Below, in pieces: positions 40,009 through 50,265 of a stretch of DNA of 64,000 bases. The notes beneath the pieces were generated by a model, which searched no databases, was not told where the DNA came from, and saw only the letters and a program-made list of their open reading frames with translations. Every line of letters begins with the position of its first letter. Position 1 is the stretch's first letter. The position numbers were made by a program, and so were the translations under genes. Origin of the DNA: Planctomycetota bacterium (lineage in GTDB: Bacteria; Planctomycetota; PLA2; JAEUHO01); the NCBI GenBank assembly GCA_050248855.1, contig JBFWRP010000001.1, positions 128,001 to 192,000 of the forward strand, read 5' to 3'.

Positions 40009-40126
40009 CGCGCTCGGGAACGATCGACGCGACCGCCGCCGGTCGCGTGGGAAGCGCGCGTGGGTGATACCACGCGCCCATCTCGGTGTGGGGTGGAGGG
40101 TTGGGGGCGAACGCGGGCTGCGGGAG

Positions 40127-40334
40127 ACCGCTGCAGCGAGCCGCGGAACACCTGTCCGGCCAACGCAGGCGACTCGAACCCGATACCGAACCAGGGACTT
40201 CGTGCGCGATTCGCCGCCAGCACAGGGTGCCGCCGATGCCTCCGGCGGCGAATCGCCGCAGAACTCCGAGGCAGCCCTGGGGTACGTAGCACCGCATCTC
40301 GCTCCGGGTTGCCTCGATTCGCCCTACCAGCGGT
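40127..40334 (+). ncRNA. Candidate 6S-like (SsrS) rod-shaped RNA; strand uncertain
   Basis: Nested stems ACCGCTG/CAGCGGT, CCAGGG/CCCTGG and 13-bp GCGATTCGCCGCC/GGCGGCGAATCGC, with an internal bubble; about 208 nt in a non-coding gap. Confidence 0.5.
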
Positions 40335-40392
40335 AGTCGCCGGCGGGATCAGGCCCCTACCGCATGGGGTCGGGTCGTCAGGGCGACGGTAG

Positions 40393-40450
40393 CGCGCCAG
40401 CATCGGCGACGACTCGTGGTCTGTTCACTCGAGGAGCCGATGCTGGTGCG
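40393..40450. terminator. Long hairpin 3' of glyA, between convergent units
   Basis: CGCGCCAGCATCGGC (40393-40407) pairs with GCCGATGCTGGTGCG (40436-40450); no U-tract. Confidence 0.45.
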
Positions 40451-40475
40451 GGACCGAGCAACTGGCGAGCCGTTC

Positions 40476-41753
40476 TCACTCCAGCGGGAGCGGCTCGCGC
40501 ACCAACCCCAGGTCGGAGGGGGCGAAGCCGTAGCGCACCTCGGAGAATCGCTCGCGGAGCGCATGCACTTCGTCGCGCACGTCGCGGGCCTTCGTGATGG
40601 CCGCGTGCAGCAGGTCGCCGATGGCGTCCATCTCGTCGGGCCCCATGCCGAAGCGTGTCATCTCCTGCACGCCCAGACGCACGCCACGGGGGCGGAGGGC
40701 GTTCTTCGACGGTTCGCCGGGGAGCAGGTTCATGTTGCAGACGATGTCCTGCCCGCAGAGGCGCTTGCCCACGTCGTAGCCGCCGCCGTGATCGCCCACG
40801 TCGAGCGCGACCTGATGGCTGGCCGTGTAGCCCTGGTCGGGCAGCGCCGGGTGCATGCCGCGCCGCGCGAGGGCTTCGGCCAGCGCACGCGCATTGGCGA
40901 TCGTGGCACGCGCGTAGTCGCTGCCAAACGTCTGCATCTCGACGGCCGCGACGTAGAGGGCGGGCAACGAGAAGAGATGGTGGTTGCTGCTGGAGCCGGG
41001 GAACACGCCCTTGTCGAGCGACGCGTCGAGGTCGCCGTTGACGCCGCGGGACAGCACCACGCCGCGCTGGGGTCCGAAGAAGGTCTTGTGCGTCGAGCCG
41101 CACAGGACGTCGGCGCCCTCTTCCAACGGACGCTGGAACTCGCCGCCGGCGATCAGCCCAAGCACGTGGGCGCCGTCGTAGAACATGAGCGTCCCGTGCT
41201 CGCGGCAGACGTCGACGAGCTCGCGGACGGGCTCCGGGAACAGGATCAGGCTGCGCCCCACCACCACGACGGCCGGCTTCTCGCGGGCGATCAGGTCGCG
41301 CGCGGCAGGCACGTCGATCGTGTAGCCGTCCGGCGTGGTCGGCCACGGATGGATCTGCCGCGTCCGCTTGCCCAGGCTGCCGATCCGCGCGTGGCTGATG
41401 TGGCCCCCCGCGGCGATCGTATGGGCCACCACGGGCGCGCCGTGGGGCACGAGGCGCGAGAACACGGCCTCGTTGGCCACGGTGCCGCTGATGGGGCGGA
41501 CGTCGGCCCAGCCGGCACCGAACAGGTCGCGGACGACCTTCTCCGTCTCCGACTCGATGTGGTCGACGAACTGCGTGCCCTCGTAGTAGCGACCGCCCGG
41601 ATGACCCTCGGCGTAGCGGTGGAGCAGGTCGCTGTCGAGCACCGAGCGCGCGGCCGGGGACAGCACGTTCTCCGAGGCGATCAGGTTGAGCGTGGACGCG
41701 CGCCACCGATCGTGGGCGTCCAGGGTCGAGCGGATGCCTGCGAGCCTCTCCAT
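40476..41753 (-). CDS. glyA: Serine hydroxymethyltransferase, archaeal-type
   Basis: LIASEN, RYAEG...RYYEG, GGHISH, DGAH, STHKT (PLP Lys), FPG..SNHH. Confidence 0.92.
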   Translation of the reverse strand: MERLAGIRSTLDAHDRWRASTLNLIASENVLSPAARSVLDSDLLHRYAEGHPGGRYYEGTQFVDHIESETEKVVRDLFGAGWADVRPISGTVANEAVFSRLVPHGAPVVAHTIAAGGHISHARIGSLGKRTRQIHPWPTTPDGYTIDVPAARDLIAREKPAVVVVGRSLILFPEPVRELVDVCREHGTLMFYDGAHVLGLIAGGEFQRPLEEGADVLCGSTHKTFFGPQRGVVLSRGVNGDLDASLDKGVFPGSSSNHHLFSLPALYVAAVEMQTFGSDYARATIANARALAEALARRGMHPALPDQGYTASHQVALDVGDHGGGYDVGKRLCGQDIVCNMNLLPGEPSKNALRPRGVRLGVQEMTRFGMGPDEMDAIGDLLHAAITKARDVRDEVHALRERFSEVRYGFAPSDLGLVREPLPLE

Positions 41754-41942
41754 GGGCCCTCCTCGCCTCGGTGGGCGGCCGGTGGGCCGCGGAGGCACCT
41801 GGGTCGGGCGCGTCCGGCCCGAGAGGGCGGTGATCCGCCCTCGGGGGGCGAAGGGTAGCAGCATGGACGCTGGAGGCCGCCAAGGTTGTCGCACGCTTCC
41901 CGCCGCGGTCGACGGTGCCCGGCGGGCGGTTCGCGCGGCGGG

Positions 41943-44021
41943 CTACCGCCAGCCTTCCGCGGCGCCGCGCGTGATGGCCAGCCGGGCAGCGGCATCCCGT
42001 CCCGCCAGATGGAGCAGCATGTCGGTCAGCGTCTTCGGGCCCCCGGCCGCGCGGTAGGTGCGCGCGAGCGCGCCCAGCAGGCCGACCCTGAGCGGCGCCA
42101 CGTCTTCGCCGACCGTCGGGTCGGCTGCGACACCGCGCGGGTCCTGGAGGATGCCCAGCACGACGATCTCCTCGAGCTCGGGCAGCAGGTCACGCTCCGC
42201 GCGCGTCCGGCCCGCCGCTTCCACCAGCGCGCGTGCCGCGCCGGCGGTGGCCTCGAAGGTGCCGAACGGCACGGCACCCGTTCCCTGCGCCTTCCAGCCG
42301 CGATGCAACGTGCGCAGCGCGAAGCGCAGGTCCTGCGTGGCCGGTACCTCGCCGAGCGCGCCCAACGCCCCGGCGGCGGCCTCGACGAGCCTGGGCTCGG
42401 CGCGCGTACGGAGGACGTCGCCGATGGCGACCAGCGACGCGGGGTCCTTCCAGCGGGCCAGCAGGCCGAGCGCCACGCGCACCGCCTCCAACGGCGCCTC
42501 CCGCTGGCCGACGAGGGCGCGCGCCCGCTCCCGCCACGGAGCGCCCTCCGGGCCCTCTCCGTACACGACGAATGCATCGCCCGCGGGCTCCGCCTCGGCG
42601 CGTCCCGCCACGACGTGCTCCCACAAGGTCTCGGCGCCGAGCCCGGCAAACGCCTCCGGGTGCCAGGCCGCCGCGGGATCGCCGCTGCGGGCGCGCTCCG
42701 TCTCCGTGAGCGGCACCAGGAAGGAGGAGCGCGGAAACGCGCTCCCGGCCCGCGGACGGCGCCGTGACGCGATCGCCTCGCCCCAGTCGCGCACGGCGGC
42801 CGGCGGCCAGCCGTGGCCTTCACGAGGCAGCTCGCAGTAGACCGCGTCGGCCTTCTTCTTGCGCCAGGACTCGGCCAGCGCGCGCACGTCGTCGATGGGC
42901 ACGACGTCGTCGCGTTCGCCGTGGAAGCACCACAGGCGCACGCCCTTGGACAGCAGGGCGGAGTGACCGGGCGCCCGCGGCGCGCTCGCAGCACCCACGG
43001 ACGCGTAGCGGTCCGCGTCCTTCGCGCCGAGGGTCCACGCGCCCGTGCCTCCATCGCCGAGGCCCACGAGGTGCACGCGCTCGAGATCGACGTGCCAGCG
43101 GGAGGCGACCTCGTCGAGCAGCGTTTGCACGTAGCGCATGTTGCGCGTGGTCGTCCACGGCCACTCGAGCGCCGTCGGGGCCAGCACGAGGAACCCGCGT
43201 CGTCGCGCCTCGTCCACCAGCACGGGGAGCAGCTCCTTGCCGCGGCCGCGCACGGCCTTGGGATCCTGCGGGTCGGTGCCGCCGCCATGCAGGGCCACGA
43301 CCAGCGGCCGGGGGTCGATCGGGTCGAGGCGCTCGGGCACGTACAGGCTGTAGCGACCCCGGTCCTCTTCGGCCTCGGGCCACGTGGCCACGAGGTCCTC
43401 CAGCACGCCGCGGCGTGCAGCGAGCAGGCGGGCGCAGCGCTCCACGAACAACCCGTCCGGTGTCCAGCCCGTCTGCCGGGCGAGTGCGAGCACCTCCTGA
43501 CGGCGGGCGGCCGCGTCGCGGCGGCGGAGCGCCAGCCGGAGCCCCGTCCGCAACGCAGGCGCCACGCGCAGGTCGGCGGCCAGGACCTCCGCGGAAGGAG
43601 CGCGCCGCCCCAGCGCCTTCGTGGCGGCCGGATGGCCCGGCGCCCGAGCGAGCAGCTCCAGGCCAAGTCGCTCGATGAAGTCGCGCGCACGCCGGTCGGT
43701 GGCCTGCTCGAGGAGCGCTTCGCGCCGCGCCACGTCGGTCTCGGCGATCTCGTCCAAGGAGGCGACGAATGCGTCCTCCGGCGGCCACGGGTCGATCGAA
43801 CGCACCTCGGTCCGTGGGTACGTCTCCACGCCCAGCGTCATCTCGGGGACCGTGCAGCCGAACGTGTTGACGCGCACGGTGGTCGCGTTGCTGGTGACGT
43901 ACCCGCGCACCGTGCGCCCGTTGGTGAACGTCACCTCGTCCACCGCCCACGTCGCCGCGGAGGGCAGCAGGACCAGGAGCACGAGCGCGGGAGCCAGGCG
44001 GACCGCGCGGCGACCCTTCAC
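41943..44021 (-). CDS. Exported alpha/beta-hydrolase-domain protein with HEAT repeats; nucleophile Ser absent
   Basis: YSLYVP, PLVVALHGGG, VHLVGLGDGG, FHGERDDVV, GHGW; GTGA overlap with lgt. Confidence 0.75.
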   Translation of the reverse strand: MKGRRAVRLAPALVLLVLLPSAATWAVDEVTFTNGRTVRGYVTSNATTVRVNTFGCTVPEMTLGVETYPRTEVRSIDPWPPEDAFVASLDEIAETDVARREALLEQATDRRARDFIERLGLELLARAPGHPAATKALGRRAPSAEVLAADLRVAPALRTGLRLALRRRDAAARRQEVLALARQTGWTPDGLFVERCARLLAARRGVLEDLVATWPEAEEDRGRYSLYVPERLDPIDPRPLVVALHGGGTDPQDPKAVRGRGKELLPVLVDEARRRGFLVLAPTALEWPWTTTRNMRYVQTLLDEVASRWHVDLERVHLVGLGDGGTGAWTLGAKDADRYASVGAASAPRAPGHSALLSKGVRLWCFHGERDDVVPIDDVRALAESWRKKKADAVYCELPREGHGWPPAAVRDWGEAIASRRRPRAGSAFPRSSFLVPLTETERARSGDPAAAWHPEAFAGLGAETLWEHVVAGRAEAEPAGDAFVVYGEGPEGAPWRERARALVGQREAPLEAVRVALGLLARWKDPASLVAIGDVLRTRAEPRLVEAAAGALGALGEVPATQDLRFALRTLHRGWKAQGTGAVPFGTFEATAGAARALVEAAGRTRAERDLLPELEEIVVLGILQDPRGVAADPTVGEDVAPLRVGLLGALARTYRAAGGPKTLTDMLLHLAGRDAAARLAITRGAAEGWR

Positions 44022-44920
44022 GCGGCGGCGCCCTCGGCAGGGAGTCGCTCGCCCGTGGCGGGATCGTAGTGACCGGGCTTGCTCCCGCGCTTCTGGCAGA
44101 CGACGAGCGTGACCACGCCCAGCACGATCATGACCGAGCTCAAGAGCTGACCCTGGGTCAGCAGGTCGAACACGTACCGGCCCAGCTGCTCGTCGGGCAG
44201 GCGCACGAACTCCAGCGCGAAGCGGATCAGCCCGTAGCCGATCAGGAACACGCCGGCAATGCGCCCGCCGCCCAGCCCCTTGCGCAGCATGAGCCAGCGC
44301 AGCACGAGGTAGAGCAGCAGGCCCTCGGCGAAGGCCTCGTAGAGCTGGCTCGGGTGGCGCACGCCGGGGAGCATCGGCTTGCCCAGCGCCTCCCAGTTCT
44401 CCGGGCCCTGGCGGTAGTCGGGGAAGCGCATGCCCCAGGGCATGTCGGTGACGGTCCCGAAGAGCTCCGCGTTGATGAAGTTGGCGATGCGCACCGTCAG
44501 CAGGCCCGGGGCCGTGGCCAGCGCCAAGCCGTCGCCGAGATCGCCGAACGGGATGCGCGCCTTGCGGGCCCAGAGCACGTAGGCCAGCACCACGCCGAGC
44601 AGCCCGCCGTGGAACGACATGCCGCCATCCCAGACGCGGATGACCTTGCCCCACTCGAACTCGCCGAAGGGGATCATGTAGAAGAGCACGTAGCCGATCC
44701 GGCCGCCGATGAACACGCCGAGCACGCCCCAGAAGAGGACGTCGGCGACGCGATCCACGGCAACCGGAAGGCGACCGCGCTTGGCCAGCATGCGCAGCAC
44801 CAGGTAGGCGAAGACGAAGGCGAGAACGTACGACACGCCGTACCAGCGGATCTTCAGGTCGCCCAGCTCGACGAGGATCGGGTCGATCCGGGGATAGGCG
44901 ATCTCGGCCAAGACGCTCAT
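44018..44920 (-). CDS. lgt: Prolipoprotein diacylglyceryl transferase
   Basis: IRWYG, GGRIGYVLFY, GGMSFHGG, RIANFINAELFG, RHPSQLYE. Confidence 0.96.
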   Translation of the reverse strand: MSVLAEIAYPRIDPILVELGDLKIRWYGVSYVLAFVFAYLVLRMLAKRGRLPVAVDRVADVLFWGVLGVFIGGRIGYVLFYMIPFGEFEWGKVIRVWDGGMSFHGGLLGVVLAYVLWARKARIPFGDLGDGLALATAPGLLTVRIANFINAELFGTVTDMPWGMRFPDYRQGPENWEALGKPMLPGVRHPSQLYEAFAEGLLLYLVLRWLMLRKGLGGGRIAGVFLIGYGLIRFALEFVRLPDEQLGRYVFDLLTQGQLLSSVMIVLGVVTLVVCQKRGSKPGHYDPATGERLPAEGAAA

Positions 44921-44922
44921 CG

Positions 44923-46128
44923 TCAGCTCCCCTGCACGGAAAGGCGTGCCTGTCGGCGTCGCCCGACGCGCAGCACCTCACCGCCGCTCAGCTCGACCCG
45001 GGCCCGCCAGTCCGTGACGTGGGCGTCCCCCACGTGCACGCCGCCCCCCTCGACGAGGCGGCGGCCCTCGGACGTGCTCGCCGCGAAGCCGCAGGTCTTC
45101 AGCAGGTCCACGATCCACCAGCCGTCCTCGCCGCGCGGACCCGCGTCGTGCTCGACGAGGTCCTCGGGCGTCTCGCGATGCCGGAACACGGCGAGGAAGC
45201 CCTCGCGCTGCTTCCGGGCCTCGTCGGCGCCGCGGTAGCGAGCGACGAGCGCCTCGGCCAGGACCAGCTTGGCGTCCATGGGGTTGGGCGCGGCGAGCAG
45301 CTCGGCGATGCGCGGCTCGGCGAGGTCGGTCGCGATGCGCATCCACGTCGGCATGGCCTCGTCCGAGATGCGCATGGCCTTGCCGAACTGGTCCTTGGGG
45401 TCGTCGTCCAGGCCGATGGCATTGCCCAGGCTCTTGCTCATCTTCTCGCGCCCGTCGATGCCCTCGAGCAGCGGACCGATCAGGCAGGCTTGGGGAGGCA
45501 GCCCCACCTGCTCCATGAGGCGGCGGCCGACCATCAGGTTGAACGTCTGGTCCGTGCCGCCGAGCTCCACGTCGGCCTTGACCTCGACGGAGTCCCAGCC
45601 CTGCATCAGGCAGTAGAGGAGCTCGCGCAGGGAGATCGGGTCGCCGCCTGCGTGGCGCTTGGCGAAGCTGTCCCGCTCCATCATCTGCTGCACGGTCATG
45701 CGGTCGGCCAGGCCGAGCACGTCGTGGAAGCCCATCTTCGAGAACCACTCGCTGTTGCGGTGGATCTCGACCCTGTCCATGTCGAGGATCTGGGCCAGCT
45801 GCGTCATCCAGGTGGCCAGGTTGGCCTCGATCGCCTCGGGCGTGAGCATGGGGCGCGTCTTGTCCTTGCCCGACGGGTCACCCACCGTGGCCGTGGTGTC
45901 ACCGAGGATCAGGACGGCTTGATGCCCGAGGTCCTGCAGCTTGCGCAGGTTCCACAGCTGGACGGCGTTGCCGACGTGGACGCTGGACGACGTGGGGTCG
46001 ATGCCGAACTTGCAGCGCAGCGATCGGCCGGACGCCAGGCGATCGCGCAGCTCGGCCTCGGGCACGACCGTGTCGATCGTGCGCGCGAGAGGCGCGAGGA
46101 GCTCGCGAAGCTTCGGGTCCTTGAGCAT
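44923..46128 (-). CDS. tyrS: Tyrosine--tRNA ligase
   Basis: GIDPT, HVGN, ELGGTDQ, KMSKS, C-terminal S4 domain. Confidence 0.96.
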   Translation of the reverse strand: MLKDPKLRELLAPLARTIDTVVPEAELRDRLASGRSLRCKFGIDPTSSSVHVGNAVQLWNLRKLQDLGHQAVLILGDTTATVGDPSGKDKTRPMLTPEAIEANLATWMTQLAQILDMDRVEIHRNSEWFSKMGFHDVLGLADRMTVQQMMERDSFAKRHAGGDPISLRELLYCLMQGWDSVEVKADVELGGTDQTFNLMVGRRLMEQVGLPPQACLIGPLLEGIDGREKMSKSLGNAIGLDDDPKDQFGKAMRISDEAMPTWMRIATDLAEPRIAELLAAPNPMDAKLVLAEALVARYRGADEARKQREGFLAVFRHRETPEDLVEHDAGPRGEDGWWIVDLLKTCGFAASTSEGRRLVEGGGVHVGDAHVTDWRARVELSGGEVLRVGRRRQARLSVQGS

Positions 46129-46195
46129 GCGCGTCAGGGTAGCCGCCGGGTTGCGAGACGGGCCCGTTGCAGGCGAGCGCGTGCTCTCGTCGGGG

Positions 46196-47482
46196 TCAGG
46201 GGCGCTTGTCGGGCTGCGCCGGCGTCACGCGCGTCGTCGCGTCCACGTCGCGCGACCACCAGTCACGCCAGAGCCTCAGGTCGGCGGCCAGCGCCTTGCC
46301 GGACAGGGCGGCCAGCCCCTCCATGAGCGCAGGGTCGCGCGAGGGCCAGGTCCCCAGGCGCTCCATGAGCGGAGCCGCCAGGGGACGCAGCGGCTTGCCC
46401 GCTTGGCGTTCCCGGACGCGCTCCAGGGCGCCGAGCGCGGCACGCCGCAGCGAGGGGTCGCCCTCCGTCAGGGCCCGGGCCAAGAGGCGCACGCCCTCCA
46501 CGACGCGGTCGCGGGGGATGAACTCGCTGGCGACGAGGAGGTGCACCGGCGCCACGGCGTCCACGGCTTGGCGCAGGGTCCCCAGGGGGTCCTGCACGAG
46601 CGTCTCGTAGTTGCGTGGAAGCACGACCACGCGGCCCGGACGGATGCGCAGGCGCAGCGGCCGCGCCTGGCCTTCCACTTCGACCCGGGCCGGACGGAGC
46701 GTGCCGGACACTTCGATGGTGCGCAACCCCGACAGCGCCGGGCCGACCTCCTCGGCCGGGATGCGGATCGGGAACGAGTGCACGGCTCCGGGAGCGATCT
46801 TGGTGGGTCCGTCTTCGGGGCGCTGCCACAGGAAGTTCTGCGTCCAGGACCGCTGCATGCTGCTGGCGTAGATGTCCTGGTCGACGCGCCGCACTTCGAG
46901 CGAGACGGCGCCCGGCGACAGGACGTCGTCCGCGCCTCCCCCGCGTTGGGGAGGCAGCAGCGACAGGGTCTGGCGACCCACGTTGCGCACGCGGATCACG
47001 ACATCGACGGGCTCGCCGAAGACGACGTAGTCCTTGAGCGGCCAGGCCTCGGCGCGCAGCAGCTCGTCTTCGGTGCGCAGGACGCGCAGGCTCGCCTCGA
47101 GCGTGCTGAAGCGCCCTGCCCAGGGCGAGGGCGGGTCCAGGGCCAGCGCGGCCTGGACGATCTGCAGGGCCTCGGTGTCGTAGCCGCCCGCCGAGTAGTC
47201 CTGGGCGAGGTCGTACTTGGCCTTCCAGCCTTCGTCCTCGTCGTCCACCGGGCGACGGTCCCGCAGGAAAGGCGTCTGCGCGATCGCGTCCTTGCCGCGC
47301 GGCATGACGATCGGCTCGAGGCTGATCTTCTGCTCCTCGGGCTCCGTCTGGAGCCCGAGCGTCTTGGCCACGTCGCCCTGGCAAGCGCCGAGGAGCAGCA
47401 GGACGCCCGCGGCCACGAGCCCCTGCGCGCCGCTTCGGGAGCGGTCGCGGGCGCGGTGGGCCTGGGGACGCGACGGACGCAT
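46196..47482 (-). CDS. Hypothetical lipoprotein with Ig-like and HEAT segments
   Basis: LLLLGA-C lipobox; VIRVRNVG beta region; C-terminal DPSLRRAALGAL...WRDWW. Confidence 0.65.
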   Translation of the reverse strand: MRPSRPQAHRARDRSRSGAQGLVAAGVLLLLGACQGDVAKTLGLQTEPEEQKISLEPIVMPRGKDAIAQTPFLRDRRPVDDEDEGWKAKYDLAQDYSAGGYDTEALQIVQAALALDPPSPWAGRFSTLEASLRVLRTEDELLRAEAWPLKDYVVFGEPVDVVIRVRNVGRQTLSLLPPQRGGGADDVLSPGAVSLEVRRVDQDIYASSMQRSWTQNFLWQRPEDGPTKIAPGAVHSFPIRIPAEEVGPALSGLRTIEVSGTLRPARVEVEGQARPLRLRIRPGRVVVLPRNYETLVQDPLGTLRQAVDAVAPVHLLVASEFIPRDRVVEGVRLLARALTEGDPSLRRAALGALERVRERQAGKPLRPLAAPLMERLGTWPSRDPALMEGLAALSGKALAADLRLWRDWWSRDVDATTRVTPAQPDKRP

Positions 47483-47532
47483 CCCCCTACCGTGCCTGCC
47501 CCGGATCACGTAGCCGTCATCCGGCAGGGCGA

Positions 47533-49362
<1,830 letters not shown>

Positions 49363-49557
49363 GTGTGGATGGAGGTCCCTACTGGCTTCCGGGGGGTCGC
49401 AGGCGGTCGCGGGGAGGACGCCGGCCGCCCCACCACCGTGATGGGACCCTGCCGACGTCGCCGGTGGAGTCCACCGCGCGCCCCTCGACCCCACCCGCCG
49501 GCAGCGACCACGCGACGCGTAGCCGGGAAGCCCGTACTGCCGTCGGGGGGTTGGAAC

Positions 49558-50265
49558 TCAGGTCGAAAGGGCCGACTGTACCGTCGCCAGCACGGCCTCC
49601 ACAACCTCGTCCGGGGTCCTTCCGGTCGTATCGATCCGCCGGGCGTCGTCCGCGGGGCGGAGCGGCGCCACGGCCCGGGTGCTGTCCAAGCGGTCCCGCC
49701 GCTCCAGACGGGCCTTCATGGCCTCGAGGTCCGCCGGGTCGGCGGCGGGCGCCCGGGCCGTCTCCGCCAGGCGACGGCGAGCCCGTTCCTCGGGGTCGGC
49801 GTCGAGCCAGACCTTCACCCGGGCGTCGGGGAACACGACGGTGCCGATGTCACGCCCCTCCGCCACGATCCGCCCGTTCTCGCGGGCAAAGCGGCGCTGG
49901 TGGCCCACCATCACGTCCCGGACCTCGGCAATGGCGGCCACCACGGAGACGGCCTCCGTCACGTCCGGTGTCCGTAGGCGAGCCGTGACGTCCGCACCCC
50001 CGACCGTGACCCGGCCGTCGGTCGCCAAGACGATGTCCAGGGCCGCGGCCAGTGCGGCGACGGCGGGGGCATCGGAGGGATCCAGACCCCGGTCGAGGGC
50101 TTCGCGCGTCACCGCGCGGTACATGGCGCCCGTGTCCAGGTAGGCCCAGCCCAGACGATCGGCCACCCGTCGCGCGATCGTGCTCTTGCCGGCCCCCGCC
50201 GGCCCGTCGATGGCCAGGACTTCCAGGCGCGCGCCCTGCGGCTGCTGCGGTGCGTCGTCGGTCAT
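49558..50265 (-). CDS. cmk: Cytidylate kinase
   Basis: AIDGPAGAGKST, YLDTGAMYR, EGRDIGTVVFPDA, RDRLDSTR. Confidence 0.97.
   Translation of the reverse strand: MTDDAPQQPQGARLEVLAIDGPAGAGKSTIARRVADRLGWAYLDTGAMYRAVTREALDRGLDPSDAPAVAALAAALDIVLATDGRVTVGGADVTARLRTPDVTEAVSVVAAIAEVRDVMVGHQRRFARENGRIVAEGRDIGTVVFPDARVKVWLDADPEERARRRLAETARAPAADPADLEAMKARLERRDRLDSTRAVAPLRPADDARRIDTTGRTPDEVVEAVLATVQSALST

Noticed and set aside
40103..40460. tmRNA, RNase P or SRP RNA (GGGGGCGAA start)
   Set aside because: No TTCGA T-arm/CCA end, no GAGGAAAGTCC and no SRP GGAAG-AGCAG loop were found.
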